Assembly (NCBI GenBank): GCA_016219705.1 | Contig: JACRKQ010000024.1 | Location: forward strand, 479-64,478 | Length of the DNA stretch: 64,000 nt | From: Candidatus Saganbacteria bacterium | GTDB lineage: Bacteria > Margulisbacteria > WOR-1 > O2-12-FULL-45-9 | Reading direction: 5' to 3' | Shown here: piece by piece, positions 38,038 through 48,365 of the stretch | Layout of the letters: the number at the start of each line of letters is the position of its first letter | Position numbering within the stretch: the stretch's first letter is position 1 | Notes under the pieces: generated by a model | The model's input: only the letters and a program-made list of their open reading frames with translations | Database searches by the model: none | What the model was told of the DNA's origin: nothing | Translations under genes and position numbers: made by a program

Positions 38038-38916
38038 TCAAACATTGCCCAGGTAAACAAATTTTAAACCAACGGCTAAACCGATTTGTTCCGCTTTTTT
38101 CAGCGTTGCAATTGGCGTCGGCGGCAGATGCGCCAGTTGTAAACAAGGAAAAAACCTGGTCACATGCCAGACGGTGTCCGCGCCCAGGCTATTAACAATC
38201 CATCGGGCTATGGCTTGCAGCTGCAGCTCATCATCATTCATTGTCGGAATGATTAAAGTGATCACTTCTACATGCATCTTCCACTTTTTCTTAGCGCGCA
38301 CAGCGGCGTCCAGCACCGGCTGAAAATCTCTGATGCCGGCTAACTTAAAATAAAAATCCGCAGTAAAACCTTTGATGTCGACGCGAAAAACATCGAGGTA
38401 CGGCCCGATCATATCCAGGGGTTCGGGATTAATATAACCGTTGGTCACCCAAATCGTGTACAAACCGGCAGCTTTCGCCGCGATCGCCCCTTCCAGCGCA
38501 TACTCAAACCAGATCGTCGGCTCGTTGTAAGTCCAGGCGATGCTCGGACAACTATTTTCTTGCGCTTCTTTGATTAATTTTTCAACCGGCAAATCACGCA
38601 GTAAATCGTCATCCATTCCCGCTTTGGCAAAAGCGATCTGCCAGTTTTGGCAGTGGGCGCAATGGAGGTTGCAGCCGATCGTTCCGATGGAATAAATATT
38701 TGTCCCGGGATGAAAATGACGCAGCGGTTTTTTTTCGATCGGATCAATGGCAACAGAGGAGACCTTATTGTAAATCAGCGAGAATAATTTTCCATCGATA
38801 TTTTTCCGCACACCGCAGAGGCCGAATTTCCCCGGTTGAACATAACACGAGCGCGGACAAAGAGAACAATGAACGCGGCCAGCGGATAAAGATTCATAAA
38901 AAAGGGCTTCCTTCAT
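38038..38916 (-). CDS. Radical SAM enzyme (AmmeMemoRadiSam / PflA-like activase family)
   Basis: N-terminal CSLCPRSC...GLCGVRKN and the radical SAM triad GCNLHCAHCQNW. The start at 38916 has a GGAGG SD at 8 nt and an ATGA overlap with the upstream stop. Confidence 0.8.
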   Translation of the reverse strand: MKEALFYESLSAGRVHCSLCPRSCYVQPGKFGLCGVRKNIDGKLFSLIYNKVSSVAIDPIEKKPLRHFHPGTNIYSIGTIGCNLHCAHCQNWQIAFAKAGMDDDLLRDLPVEKLIKEAQENSCPSIAWTYNEPTIWFEYALEGAIAAKAAGLYTIWVTNGYINPEPLDMIGPYLDVFRVDIKGFTADFYFKLAGIRDFQPVLDAAVRAKKKWKMHVEVITLIIPTMNDDELQLQAIARWIVNSLGADTVWHVTRFFPCLQLAHLPPTPIATLKKAEQIGLAVGLKFVYLGNV

Positions 38917-39545
38917 AGCAACGACCTCCGTTGACATTGGTTAATCCGCAAAATTTTAGTGAATCCCTCAATCAGCGCTTCACTCATTACTCTAAAATCA
39001 ATAGCCGGCTCCAAGATTATTGAACCTTGCTGGAGCAGAGCGCGACGCCCTCTCTTTTGGGCGCTGCCGACGATCTTTTTTCCGTTGCAGACTATTTCAT
39101 ATTCGGCAGGGTAAGAAAAACATAATGACGAATGCCTAATGCCTAATGACGAATTATTGATTTCCGCCAAAACTCCGATTTTAGTTAAAGCCCAAACAAT
39201 TGCTTCAGAAATTTTTTTGTACGAAGGGATTAAACCTTTTGGCAGGATGGGATCATCTTTGTCCATCACTAAGGAATAAGTAACTTCTGTTGCGCTGTGA
39301 AAAACAATCCCACCGCCAGTTGGGCGCAGCACCGTCTCCCAGCTGGATTTTTTCGCCTCATGCCTCATCCTCTCTCTTTCCCTTTTCTGCGCATAGCCAA
39401 ACGATATACACCGCGGCGCCCAGGAATAAATTCGTAAAGTTGGAGAAATTTTGCCGGCTTCAAAATCGTTAAAAAGCTTAATATCAGCCGCCATGTGATA
39501 AGAGCCAGCCTTTTGTGGCTCGAGGATTAATTGCCAGGCGCCCAC
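38913..39545 (-). CDS. Lipoate/octanoate-protein ligase family protein (BPL/LPL catalytic domain)
   Basis: [10 protein letters not shown] and [10 protein letters not shown]....LLQQGSI motifs. Confidence 0.8.
   Translation of the reverse strand: MGAWQLILEPQKAGSYHMAADIKLFNDFEAGKISPTLRIYSWAPRCISFGYAQKRERERMRHEAKKSSWETVLRPTGGGIVFHSATEVTYSLVMDKDDPILPKGLIPSYKKISEAIVWALTKIGVLAEINNSSLGIRHSSLCFSYPAEYEIVCNGKKIVGSAQKRGRRALLQQGSIILEPAIDFRVMSEALIEGFTKILRINQCQRRSLL
39123..39157. repeat. Heptanucleotide tandem repeat (TAATGAC GAATGCC TAATGCC TAATGAC GAATTAT)
   Basis: Five 7-nt units read directly from the sequence. Lies inside the lipoate ligase gene and encodes [12 protein letters not shown]. Confidence 0.85.
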
Positions 39546-40987
39546 CGCAAATTCAACTCCCGGGCGGCTTTAGCTTCGTCTAAACGACCTACAACTGTGG
39601 TATGCGGAGCTGTTTTAACCAACTTAGGATCAGTTTCGCACTCTTTAGCAATCTTAATCATTACATCACAGAAAGCATCCAATGTTTCCTTAGCTTCTGT
39701 CTCGGTCGGCTCAATCATTAAGGCTTCTTCCACAATTAAGGGGAAGTAAATGGTCGGCGGATGAAAACCGTAATCAAGGAGACGTTTAGCAATATCCAGA
39801 GCCTTGATCCCGTATTTTTCCTTCTGCCATTTAGCGGAAATAACAAATTCATGCTGACAGGTTTGATCATAAGGCAGATAATAATAATCTTTCAGGCGGC
39901 TCTTGATGTAGTTAGCGTTAAGCACCGCGTCTTCCGCGACTTCGCGCAGGCCAGCACCGCCTAGCGCTCTTAAATAAGCATAAGCTTTAATTATGACATT
40001 GATATTGCCGTGCCAACCGTGCACTCTCCCAATGGAATTAGGGTAATTAGTAGTTTGTAGTTTGTAGTTTGTTCCAGCTTTCATCACCCTCGGGACAGGA
40101 AGAAACGGCTCAAGTTTCTTGTTTACTCCCACCGGACCAGCTCCCGGCCCACCACCGCCATGCGGGGTGGCAAACGTTTTGTGGAGATTAAAATGGGCGA
40201 CATCAAAACCAAGGTCAGCGGGACGGCAAATTCCCAGGGTCGCATTCGCGTTGGCCCCATCGTAATAAACCAGGCCGCCGGCTTTATGAACAATATCAGC
40301 TACTTCCAAAATATGCTCGTCAAATAAACCAAGAGTATTAGGATTGGTCAGCATTAAGGCCGCGGTATCTTTTCCCACGGCTTTTCTTAATTGGTCTAAA
40401 TCGACATTGCCCCGTTCATTGGATTTGATAACAATCGTCCCAAAACCTACCATCGAAACAGAAGCAGGATTTGTTCCATGCGAAGAATCAGGGATAATCA
40501 CCTTGACCCTTGACCCTTGACCCTTGGATTGGTGATAAGCTTTGATCATCAGCAGAGCCGTTAGCTCGCCATGCGCCCCCGCTGCTGGCTGAAAGGTAAA
40601 AGCATCAAAGCCAAAAAGAGCGCACAAATATTGTTCAAAATTATAAAGAAGCTCTAACATTCCTTGAACATCTTTGTCCTCTTGATCGGGATAAATGTCG
40701 GTAAATCCAGGCAAACGGGCAATATCCTCATTAATTTTGGGATTATATTTCATCGTGCAGGAACCAAGAGGATAAAAACCGCTGTCGACGCCAAAATTGC
40801 GCTGGGAGAGACGAGTAAAATGACGGACAACTTCAATTTCCGAAAGTTCCGGTAGGTTTAACTCCCGCCGTAATAATTCGACTGGAATAAGCTGACTAAG
40901 TTTTTCAGCCGGGACGTCAAGTTTAGGTAAAGAAAAAGCTTCTCTACCCGGTCCGCCTAATTCAAAAATTAATTTTGTTTCAGCCAG
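39527..40987 (-). CDS. gcvPB: Glycine dehydrogenase (decarboxylating) subunit 2
   Basis: The conserved N-terminus ([11 protein letters not shown]...[40 protein letters not shown]) continues upstream of the ORF-track ATG (40753). There is no in-frame ATG/GTG/TTG there. CTG at 40987 is the only plausible start, so the 5' end is uncertain. Confidence 0.85.
   Translation of the reverse strand: MAETKLIFELGGPGREAFSLPKLDVPAEKLSQLIPVELLRRELNLPELSEIEVVRHFTRLSQRNFGVDSGFYPLGSCTMKYNPKINEDIARLPGFTDIYPDQEDKDVQGMLELLYNFEQYLCALFGFDAFTFQPAAGAHGELTALLMIKAYHQSKGQGSRVKVIIPDSSHGTNPASVSMVGFGTIVIKSNERGNVDLDQLRKAVGKDTAALMLTNPNTLGLFDEHILEVADIVHKAGGLVYYDGANANATLGICRPADLGFDVAHFNLHKTFATPHGGGGPGAGPVGVNKKLEPFLPVPRVMKAGTNYKLQTTNYPNSIGRVHGWHGNINVIIKAYAYLRALGGAGLREVAEDAVLNANYIKSRLKDYYYLPYDQTCQHEFVISAKWQKEKYGIKALDIAKRLLDYGFHPPTIYFPLIVEEALMIEPTETEAKETLDAFCDVMIKIAKECETDPKLVKTAPHTTVVGRLDEAKAARELNLRWAPGN
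40044..40071. repeat. Heptanucleotide tandem repeat (TAATTAG then TAGTTTG x3)
   Basis: Three perfect 7-nt units at 40051-40071 inside gcvPB, encoding [10 protein letters not shown]. Confidence 0.9.
40501..40528. repeat. Heptanucleotide tandem repeat (CCTTGAC x3 + CCTTGGA)
   Basis: Three perfect units plus one variant inside gcvPB, encoding KGQGSRVKV. Confidence 0.9.
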
Positions 40988-42078
40988 GTTATTATCCTTT
41001 TCGCAATCGTGCTCAAAGCACCTTTGCCGCCATTAGTTTTAATCCCAATATCACTCATCTCTTGCATTTTAGCTGGATCCGACAAAAGAGACAAGACCTT
41101 TTCGGCTGCTAATTTGGCATCAGGCGGCACTACGGCGGTTGACCCTTTCATAAAAAATTTTGTGTGCCATTTGACAAATTCTTCACTCCGGCTGATATGT
41201 CCCCCGCCCCAAAACGTGACAAGCGGTTTGCCCAACCCCGCCGCCTGCTCGTTGCCGGAGGCAGACAGCCCAAGAACTAAATCAGAAACATTTAGCACGT
41301 CGCCAAATTTATCAGTAAAAACAATTCTATCAGAAAAATGGGGCTGCGCCTTTGCCAATGAGATGAATTTTTCCCGATCAATCTTGGGGCTAATGGCAAA
41401 AACAATATTAACTGGCTGTTGCTTGGCAATAACGGCTAAGGTTTCAATTAAAATTGGTAAATTATTATAAGCTGGCACACGACTGCCGGGTAATACACCT
41501 ATTGTTTTAAAATTTTTATCCAAACCAAAAGTTTCGCCTGTGGTTTCAATCATATCGAGTAACGGATTGCCGACCCATTCGACCGGAAATTCCGGCAGAT
41601 GCTCCCATTGAGGAAAACGGCAGAAGATCATGACCGCATATTTTTTTAAATAATGTTTGGCAATGTTATCAAAATGAGAAGCCATGGTCCAGACATAAAT
41701 ATAAGGTTTTTTAACCAATAGACCGGAAATCACACTGCTTAAAAAATCACCAACACCAATAACCAGGTCAGCCCGGCGGCGAAACCAGAATAGCGCCCAG
41801 ATCTTGCCTAAATACAATTGAATGGCTCCGGCCCGAATTTCTCTCCACACATCAAAATCCGGCCCGTAAGTAATGCCCTGGCTGGGTAAATCCCAGTGCG
41901 GGCCAATCAGGGGAATATTTAATTGTTGATAGGGTTCGCCATGACCGACAATGGGAAGAGCAAAAAAAGATAATTGAGGTTCAAGCTTGAGCAACTCTCG
42001 GGCTAACTCTGCCCCAACCATATCCTCGGCAAAACCGTTAGTGATAAAGAGAATTCTCTTCTGACCGGTCTTAATCAA
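40969..42078 (-). CDS. LpxB-like (GT19) lipid-A-disaccharide synthase-related glycosyltransferase
   Basis: VGNPLLD and LPGSR motifs with LpxB-like spacing. [16 protein letters not shown]-terminus. The assignment is tentative. Confidence 0.5.
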   Translation of the reverse strand: MIKTGQKRILFITNGFAEDMVGAELARELLKLEPQLSFFALPIVGHGEPYQQLNIPLIGPHWDLPSQGITYGPDFDVWREIRAGAIQLYLGKIWALFWFRRRADLVIGVGDFLSSVISGLLVKKPYIYVWTMASHFDNIAKHYLKKYAVMIFCRFPQWEHLPEFPVEWVGNPLLDMIETTGETFGLDKNFKTIGVLPGSRVPAYNNLPILIETLAVIAKQQPVNIVFAISPKIDREKFISLAKAQPHFSDRIVFTDKFGDVLNVSDLVLGLSASGNEQAAGLGKPLVTFWGGGHISRSEEFVKWHTKFFMKGSTAVVPPDAKLAAEKVLSLLSDPAKMQEMSDIGIKTNGGKGALSTIAKRIITWLKQN

Positions 42079-42081
42079 GAT

Positions 42082-43182
42082 TTAGATGACGGCCTTTTGA
42101 GTGATTGGATCAAAGAAATGTATCTTGCGCAAATTAATGACAATATTAAATTTACTTCCCGGCGCCGCATCACAGAGACCATTAACTCGGGAAGTTAAGG
42201 CCACTTTTCCGACATGAACATAAACGTATGTTTCAGCGCCAATAATCTCTCGAAAATCCACTGTGCTTTCAAAAGAAACTCTTTCTTTTATCCAATCAGA
42301 TGAGATGACATCCCAAATATCCTCGGGACGGATGCCGAAATTAATTTCTTTACCAACGTAATCAGCTAAAAACGGCGCTAAGTCCGCCGGCACCTTTATT
42401 GCAAAGCTTGCGGTCTGAAAAAGATAATCATCATCTTTTCTCATAATTAACCCGGCGACAAAATTCATCGGCGGACTGCCGATAAACCCGGCCACAAAAC
42501 GATTGGTCGGTTTTTCATAGACGGTTAAGGGCGAGGCTAATTGCTGCAATTCGCCGTTCAAAATAACCGCTACCCGCTGTCCCAGCGTCATTGCTTCCAC
42601 TTGGTCGTGGGTAACATAAATAACTGTGGCGTTAAGCGTCTTATGTATTCGCTGCAGTTCCGCGCGCATTTGCACCCGCAGTTTGGCGTCCAAATTTGAA
42701 AGAGGCTCATCCATCAAAAAAACTGCCGGCCGGCGCACGATCGCGCGCCCTAAGGCAACCCGCTGCCTCTGTCCGCCGGACAATTGTTTCGGATAGCGGC
42801 TCAGCAAATCGGCTAAACCCAAAATTTCGGCCGCTTCGCGGACCCGATCATTGATCTGTTTTTTTTGCATGCCGCGAAGTTTTAACCCAAAAGCCATATT
42901 GTCATAAACTTTCATGTGAGGATATAAAGCATAGTTTTGAAAAACCATGGCAATATTTCTGTCTTTAGGCGGCACATCATTAATCAATGTTTCGCCGATA
43001 TAGATCTTGCCCTCGGTAATCTCCTCCAAACCAGCGACCATGCGTAAAGTCGTGGTCTTGCCGCAGCCTGAAGGACCAACCAGTACGACAAATTCCTGGT
43101 CTTTAATTTCCATATTGATATTTTTAACCGCGACGACGTCGTCAAATTTTTTAGTGATGTTTTCAATTAATACTCTGGCCAA
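42082..43182 (-). CDS. ABC transporter ATP-binding protein, MalK/MsmX/UgpC type
   Basis: Walker A GPSGCGKTT, signature LSGGQRQR, Walker B FLMDEPLS and a C-terminal TOBE-like domain. No permease gene is adjacent. Confidence 0.9.
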   Translation of the reverse strand: MARVLIENITKKFDDVVAVKNINMEIKDQEFVVLVGPSGCGKTTTLRMVAGLEEITEGKIYIGETLINDVPPKDRNIAMVFQNYALYPHMKVYDNMAFGLKLRGMQKKQINDRVREAAEILGLADLLSRYPKQLSGGQRQRVALGRAIVRRPAVFLMDEPLSNLDAKLRVQMRAELQRIHKTLNATVIYVTHDQVEAMTLGQRVAVILNGELQQLASPLTVYEKPTNRFVAGFIGSPPMNFVAGLIMRKDDDYLFQTASFAIKVPADLAPFLADYVGKEINFGIRPEDIWDVISSDWIKERVSFESTVDFREIIGAETYVYVHVGKVALTSRVNGLCDAAPGSKFNIVINLRKIHFFDPITQKAVI

Positions 43183-43185
43183 GAT

Positions 43186-43644
43186 TTATAACTCCTTACT
43201 TAAATTTGCCAGCTCAATGGCTGATAAAGCGGCGGCAAAACCTTTGTTGCCGGGTTTCGCGCCAGCGCGCTCCAGCGCCTGTTCAAAATTGTCCGTTGTC
43301 AGTATGCCGAAGATCACCGGAATGCCGGTATCGAGCGAAACTTTGGCGATCCCTTTGGCAGCCTCGGACGCCACATATTCAAAATGAGGGGTACTGCCGC
43401 GAATAACTGCTCCCAAGCAGATAACCGCATCGTATTGTTTGGCGATTTTTTGCGCGATCAGCGGCGTTTCAAAAGCCCCGGGGACCCAAACAACTTCGAT
43501 GGCCGCTTCTTTCGCTCCGTGGCGCTTTAAACAATCCAGCGCCCCCTCAAGCAGACCTTTGGAAACTAACTCATTGAAACGCGAAACAATAATCCCAAAA
43601 TTCAATTTACCCGCATCTAAATTTCCTTCGATTATTTTTACCAT
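43186..43644 (-). CDS. ribH: 6,7-dimethyl-8-ribityllumazine synthase
   Basis: [15 protein letters not shown] and HFEYV motifs. ATG at 43644 is preceded by GAGGGGGAGGG; the TTG start in the ORF track lies inside that SD. Confidence 0.93.
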   Translation of the reverse strand: MVKIIEGNLDAGKLNFGIIVSRFNELVSKGLLEGALDCLKRHGAKEAAIEVVWVPGAFETPLIAQKIAKQYDAVICLGAVIRGSTPHFEYVASEAAKGIAKVSLDTGIPVIFGILTTDNFEQALERAGAKPGNKGFAAALSAIELANLSKEL

Positions 43645-43666
43645 GGCTACCCTCCCCCTCAAATAT

Positions 43667-43701
43667 TTGTCATTTGGATTTTGTCATTTGTCATTTCGTA
43701 A
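43667..43701. repeat. Heptanucleotide tandem repeat (TTTGTCA TTTGGAT TTTGTCA TTTGTCA TTTCGTA)
   Basis: Five 7-nt units spanning the ribBA stop codon and the ribBA-ribH spacer. Confidence 0.85.
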
Positions 43702-44910
43702 GATGTGGCCCATTTTCGCTCGCTTGGTTTCTAAATATTTTTTATTATGTTGGTTGGGATCGATCAATAATGGCATCCGTTCGACCACATTAAGGCCATA
43801 GCCGTCAAGGCCAATAATCTTTTTCGGGTTATTGGTCAATAAGCGAATAGTCGACAGGCCAAGGTCCGCCAGGATCTGAGCGCCAATGCCATAGTCACGC
43901 AGGTCGACCGCGTAGCCCAGGGCTTTGTTGGCTTCAACAGTATCCAACCCTTGCTCCTGAATTTCATAAGCTTTCAATTTTGCCGCCAGGCCAATTCCCC
44001 GCCCCTCCTGCCGCATATAAAGGACCACTCCCTGTCCCACAAATTCAATCTTTTCCAAAGCCTTATCAAGCTGTTCCCCGCAATCACAGCGGCGCGAGCC
44101 AAAGACATCGCCGGTTAGACATTCCGAGTGAACCCGGACTAAAACGTTCTGCTCACCGGCAACTTTGCCTTTCACCAGGGCGACATGGGTATCGCCGGTC
44201 AACAGGTCTTCGTAACCATAAGCCGTAAAAGCTCCATGATAAGTGGGCAAATGCGAGGTTGAAGTCCGTTTGATTAATTTCTCTTTACTTAAACGATAAG
44301 CGATAAGGTCAGCGATGGTAATAATTTTTAATTGGTGCGCCGCCGCAAAAGCAAAAAGTTGTTCCGTGCGAGCCATGGATCCATCATTATTGATAATTTC
44401 GCAAATTACCGCCCCGGGATAAAGCCCGGCTAATTTGGCCAGGTCAACCGCGGCTTCTGTGTGCCCCGCCCGTTTGATTACTCCACCTTCACGGACCTGG
44501 AGAGGAAAAATGTGTCCCGGACGGACAAGATCATCTTTCCTGGTTTGCGGATTGATGAGCACCTCAATCGTCTTCGCCCGGTCAGCGGCAGAGATTCCGG
44601 TGGTGACGCCAAAGCGCGGCGCGGCATCGACTGAAACGGTAAAAGCGGTTTTCATCGCTTCCCGGTTGCGGTCCACCATTTGCGGCACGGCTAATGCTTC
44701 AAGACGTTCAGCCGTTAGCGGGACGCAGACTAAACCGCGGCCAAAAGAGATCATGAAATTAATGGCTTCGGGGGTAATTTTTTCCGCCGCTAAAACCAGG
44801 TCACCTTCATTCTCCCGCCCATGGTCATCAAGAACAACAACCATACGGCCGTTGGCAATCTCATTGAGCGCTTCTTCTATGGCGCTAAATTTGTTAAGGG
44901 TTACATTCAT
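43684..44910 (-). CDS. ribBA: Bifunctional 3,4-dihydroxy-2-butanone-4-phosphate synthase / GTP cyclohydrolase II
   Basis: [20 protein letters not shown], and the GCH-II Cys motif [18 protein letters not shown]. Confidence 0.95.
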   Translation of the reverse strand: MNVTLNKFSAIEEALNEIANGRMVVVLDDHGRENEGDLVLAAEKITPEAINFMISFGRGLVCVPLTAERLEALAVPQMVDRNREAMKTAFTVSVDAAPRFGVTTGISAADRAKTIEVLINPQTRKDDLVRPGHIFPLQVREGGVIKRAGHTEAAVDLAKLAGLYPGAVICEIINNDGSMARTEQLFAFAAAHQLKIITIADLIAYRLSKEKLIKRTSTSHLPTYHGAFTAYGYEDLLTGDTHVALVKGKVAGEQNVLVRVHSECLTGDVFGSRRCDCGEQLDKALEKIEFVGQGVVLYMRQEGRGIGLAAKLKAYEIQEQGLDTVEANKALGYAVDLRDYGIGAQILADLGLSTIRLLTNNPKKIIGLDGYGLNVVERMPLLIDPNQHNKKYLETKRAKMGHILRNDK

Positions 44911-44931
44911 TTGACATTGGTCATTTGTAAT
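44911..44931. repeat. Heptanucleotide repeat (TTGACAT TGGTCAT TTGTAAT) in the ribE-ribBA spacer
   Basis: Three 7-nt units immediately upstream of the ribBA ATG. Contains TTGGTCA. Confidence 0.7.
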
Positions 44932-45587
44932 TAATTATCGATCCACCCCATGGGTAAATAACCAAGCATGGGCATTGGGGATTCATTGGGAGGAGAAAGT
45001 TCCTGCCTTAAATGCCGCTCAATATATTTGGAGAGCATATCAACTTCAATATTAACGCGATCACCGACATTTTTGCCGTCGAGCATAGTGGTTTTCGCCG
45101 TATGGGGCACAATCGTCACCACAATCAACCCCTGCTGGACATCAACAACCGTCAGGCTTACTCCATCAACAGCAATTGATCCTTTCGGGACCAGATAACA
45201 GAGCAAGTCGCTGGGAATAGAAATAAATAAATCAAAATCACTGCCGCGATTGACTTTTTGGCGGATTTCCCCTGTGCCATCAACATGCCCGGAGACGAGA
45301 TGCCCGCCTAAACGAGAGGAGAATTGCAGCGCCTGTTCCAAATGGACGCGATCGCCGACTTTGAGATCGGCAAGCGCGGAATATTTCAGAGTGGCTGCGG
45401 AAAGGTCAAATTCAATAAAATTGCGGCGAATATTTGTTACGGTCAGACAGACGCCATTCACGGCAATGCTGTCGCCGATCTTCGCAGCCGTTAGATTTTT
45501 ACTGACGGAGGCGATCAACTTACCGGCGGAAGCAGCACGCACGAGAGAAGTGACGATGCCCAATTCTTCAACAAGACCGGTGAACAT
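44931..45587 (-). CDS. ribE: Riboflavin synthase alpha chain
   Basis: [10 protein letters not shown], duplicated [13 protein letters not shown] / [12 protein letters not shown] lumazine-binding repeats. Confidence 0.94.
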   Translation of the reverse strand: MFTGLVEELGIVTSLVRAASAGKLIASVSKNLTAAKIGDSIAVNGVCLTVTNIRRNFIEFDLSAATLKYSALADLKVGDRVHLEQALQFSSRLGGHLVSGHVDGTGEIRQKVNRGSDFDLFISIPSDLLCYLVPKGSIAVDGVSLTVVDVQQGLIVVTIVPHTAKTTMLDGKNVGDRVNIEVDMLSKYIERHLRQELSPPNESPMPMLGYLPMGWIDN

Positions 45588-45650
45588 AAAGTATGGTTAT
45601 TCTACCATGTTTTGAGAAGAAAAACAATTATCGCGCGGGAAAGTTTAGAG

Positions 45651-47168
45651 TTAAGCCATTAAACGCGGAAAGAGCGGTTGGCCTTTATTAATTTTAACAC
45701 CGGATAAATTGCTGGCTAAATTAAGCGGCAGAGTTAACCCCAATTGTTCCCAGATTTTTTCGGCGGTCGATGGCATAAAAGGCAAAATTAAGACCGCCAC
45801 GGTTTTTAAAACCTCACAGAGATTGTAAAGAACGGCTTTTAATTTTTCCATTTCATTTGCTTTAGCTAATTTCCAAGGCGCTTCTTGTTCAATATAATAA
45901 TTGGAAATACTAATTAATGACCAGACACTAATCAAAGCGAGTGAAAAAGATAATGAATCCATTTCAGTTTTCAATCTTCGTTTTTGTAAATTGTTTTTTT
46001 GTTGGATATTTTGCTTACTTAATTCGTCAAAATCAAGATTAATTGACTCGGGGATCACTCCATTAAAATATTTCTCCACCATCGTCAACGTTCTGCTTAA
46101 TAAATTCCCCAAATCATTAGCTAAATCTGCATTGTAACGATTAATAAAAGCTTGCCGTGAAAAATCTCCATCATTCCCAAAAGCCACTTCCCTCATTAAA
46201 AAATATCTAACTGCATCAACACCAAACTCTGTACTCATAGCTACCGGGTCGACAACATTCCCTTTTGACTTGCTCATCTTTTGGCCTTCCACCGTCCACC
46301 AGCCGTGCCCAAAAACCATCTTAGGCAGTTCAAGTCCCAAGGCCAAGAGAATAGCCGGCCAAATGATTGCGTGAAAACGGACAATTTCCTTGCCCATTAA
46401 ATGAACATCAGCCGGCCAATATTTCTTAAACTTTTCCCCATCAGGGTAATCTAAGGCAGAAATATAGTTTAATAAAGCATCAAACCAGACATAAATAACA
46501 TGTTGGGAATCATTGGGGACTGCGATTCCCCAGGGAAAAGTTGTTCTAGTAATCGATAGATCTTTCAAACCCTGCTTAATGAAATGAAGTATTTCGTTAC
46601 GGCTTGATTCTGGTTGCAGGAATCTTTGATTATCAGCAAAATGCTTAAGCAGACGATCTTGATATTTAGAGAGCCGGAAGAAGTAACTTTCTTCTTTCAA
46701 CCACTTTGTTTCCCGACCGCAATCCGGACAAAGCCAGCGCTCGCCGTCTTTTTTCATCTCCCCTTCAGTCCAAAAAGATTCGCAGGGGACACAATACCAA
46801 CCGCTATACTCACCCTTATAAATATCATCTTGAATCTTTAACTGTTGAAAAATTCTTTGCACCACAGTCTGGTGTCTAGGTTGCGTGACCCGGATAAAGT
46901 CATCATTAGTAATGCCTAAGGCCTGCCAGGCAGATTGAAACCCCTTGACGATGTTATCGACAAATTTTTGTGGATCCTCATTTTTCGCCCGCGCCGCTTC
47001 CCAGATCTTCTGCCCATGTTCGTCAGTCCCTGTCAAGAAGAAAACGTCATCGCCTTTCTGCCGATGATAGCGAGCTAAAACATCAGCAGCGACTGTCGTG
47101 TAAGCATGGCCAATGTGCGGAACATCGTTAACATAATAAATGGGCGTGGTTAGATAAAATTTGCTCAC
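45651..47168 (-). CDS. metG: Methionyl-tRNA synthetase (short form)
   Basis: HIGHAY (HIGH), KMSKSKGN (KMSKS) and zinc knuckles CVPC...CPDC. Confidence 0.96.
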   Translation of the reverse strand: MSKFYLTTPIYYVNDVPHIGHAYTTVAADVLARYHRQKGDDVFFLTGTDEHGQKIWEAARAKNEDPQKFVDNIVKGFQSAWQALGITNDDFIRVTQPRHQTVVQRIFQQLKIQDDIYKGEYSGWYCVPCESFWTEGEMKKDGERWLCPDCGRETKWLKEESYFFRLSKYQDRLLKHFADNQRFLQPESSRNEILHFIKQGLKDLSITRTTFPWGIAVPNDSQHVIYVWFDALLNYISALDYPDGEKFKKYWPADVHLMGKEIVRFHAIIWPAILLALGLELPKMVFGHGWWTVEGQKMSKSKGNVVDPVAMSTEFGVDAVRYFLMREVAFGNDGDFSRQAFINRYNADLANDLGNLLSRTLTMVEKYFNGVIPESINLDFDELSKQNIQQKNNLQKRRLKTEMDSLSFSLALISVWSLISISNYYIEQEAPWKLAKANEMEKLKAVLYNLCEVLKTVAVLILPFMPSTAEKIWEQLGLTLPLNLASNLSGVKINKGQPLFPRLMA

Positions 47169-47192
47169 AACTTAATTATAGCAAAAAAATGG

Positions 47193-48365
47193 TTATTCGA
47201 CAGGAAATAATATGCGGATATGACTAACCTTATCTAAGGCGGTATCCGCCCACGCCGGCAGGGGCAAACTGCGATTCAAAGCAAAAACCGGCATTGGCTG
47301 CCACTGATTATTTCCTGCAAATTTAACCTGCACAAGATAACGTCCCAGTAATTTTTCCTGCCAATCAGCGGTTTGCAAGGCATCGGGAGTGTAATTTGGC
47401 TGAATAAAATATTTAAATAACGGACCTATTCCCTCCAGCGAATGCTCACTGGAAGAGACTGGACCAATAACCAGCCATTGAGTTTTTAATTTAACATAGC
47501 CCATCTCCTGCCCATGTAAAGCTGGCACGATTTGAAATCCACCAACACTACCCCGAGGAGCACAGGAAACATCAATGACTCCGGGATGATTGGCCCTAAT
47601 CCTGCCAGGCGAGGCATAAACGCCTCCTGCAAAACGCCCAACCCCGCTGACCGGTCGCAAAACCTCTCCAATTATCCTCTGGCTGCCATTAATGGCTGTC
47701 AGGGTAATGTGCCCGCCAAAGCGATTTTCAAAAATAATTTCTTTGGGTAAAGGCAGCGGACGATCCACAACAATAATTAGCGTGTCGCCTATTTTCGGAA
47801 TGTAACTATCTGGTAAATCGACCATTGGTTGTGAGAAACGGGTTAGAAAAACCTGATTGCCAACATAAGGGGCCTGGCCACCGCCAAAAATTTCTGTGCC
47901 AGCGGTAATATCGGTATAAATGGAAGAATTAGGGCTATTATAGGGACGAGAATAAGTCTCCGACTGTAACATCTCCCGAGGCAAAATAGAAAAAATAGTT
48001 TTATCTTTATCCAGCTGGCCAGTTTTTATATGAATGGCATTGACCGCTGTGGCGGCAACCTGTCCCCCATCGACCCATTTAGCGGCGGCAAACCCACCTT
48101 GACTGATTTTTTCCGTCGGATAAAGAACATGTCCCAATAATTGCCAGCTAAATCCACCGTCGGAGCTAACTTCGATTGAACCATCAACCTGATTGACAAT
48201 TTTTAGGCGATAAAGTTCCTGGAAAAAAGGCGGGTTGTCATTTTTAACGGCTGGGGAGATACCGCGTTCATAATCAGTGGCAAAAACATAAGTCGCAGTA
48301 ATTATCGTCAGAAAGATAACAATAATTGCTACTCGTTTTATCATTTTATGAACGTAAATATTCAA
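47193..48365 (-). CDS. Hypothetical membrane-anchored/secreted protein (about 383-390 aa)
   Basis: Long ORF with an N-terminal hydrophobic anchor (VAIIVIFLTIITATYVFA). No known motif. The start is probably ATG at 48344. Confidence 0.7.
   Translation of the reverse strand: MNIYVHKMIKRVAIIVIFLTIITATYVFATDYERGISPAVKNDNPPFFQELYRLKIVNQVDGSIEVSSDGGFSWQLLGHVLYPTEKISQGGFAAAKWVDGGQVAATAVNAIHIKTGQLDKDKTIFSILPREMLQSETYSRPYNSPNSSIYTDITAGTEIFGGGQAPYVGNQVFLTRFSQPMVDLPDSYIPKIGDTLIIVVDRPLPLPKEIIFENRFGGHITLTAINGSQRIIGEVLRPVSGVGRFAGGVYASPGRIRANHPGVIDVSCAPRGSVGGFQIVPALHGQEMGYVKLKTQWLVIGPVSSSEHSLEGIGPLFKYFIQPNYTPDALQTADWQEKLLGRYLVQVKFAGNNQWQPMPVFALNRSLPLPAWADTALDKVSHIRILFPVE

Noticed and set aside
30109-38487. 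HIP1-like octamers GCGATCGC (30109, 34401, 38480) as a possible cyanobacterial signature.
   Set aside because: Three occurrences in 64 kb is not clearly above chance for a palindromic 8-mer at this GC content. This cannot support a taxonomic claim.
45588-45650. Expected FMN riboswitch upstream of the rib operon.
   Set aside because: Only 63 nt separate the ribE start from the metG stop. That is too short for the ~130-nt FMN aptamer, and I see none of its conserved stems.
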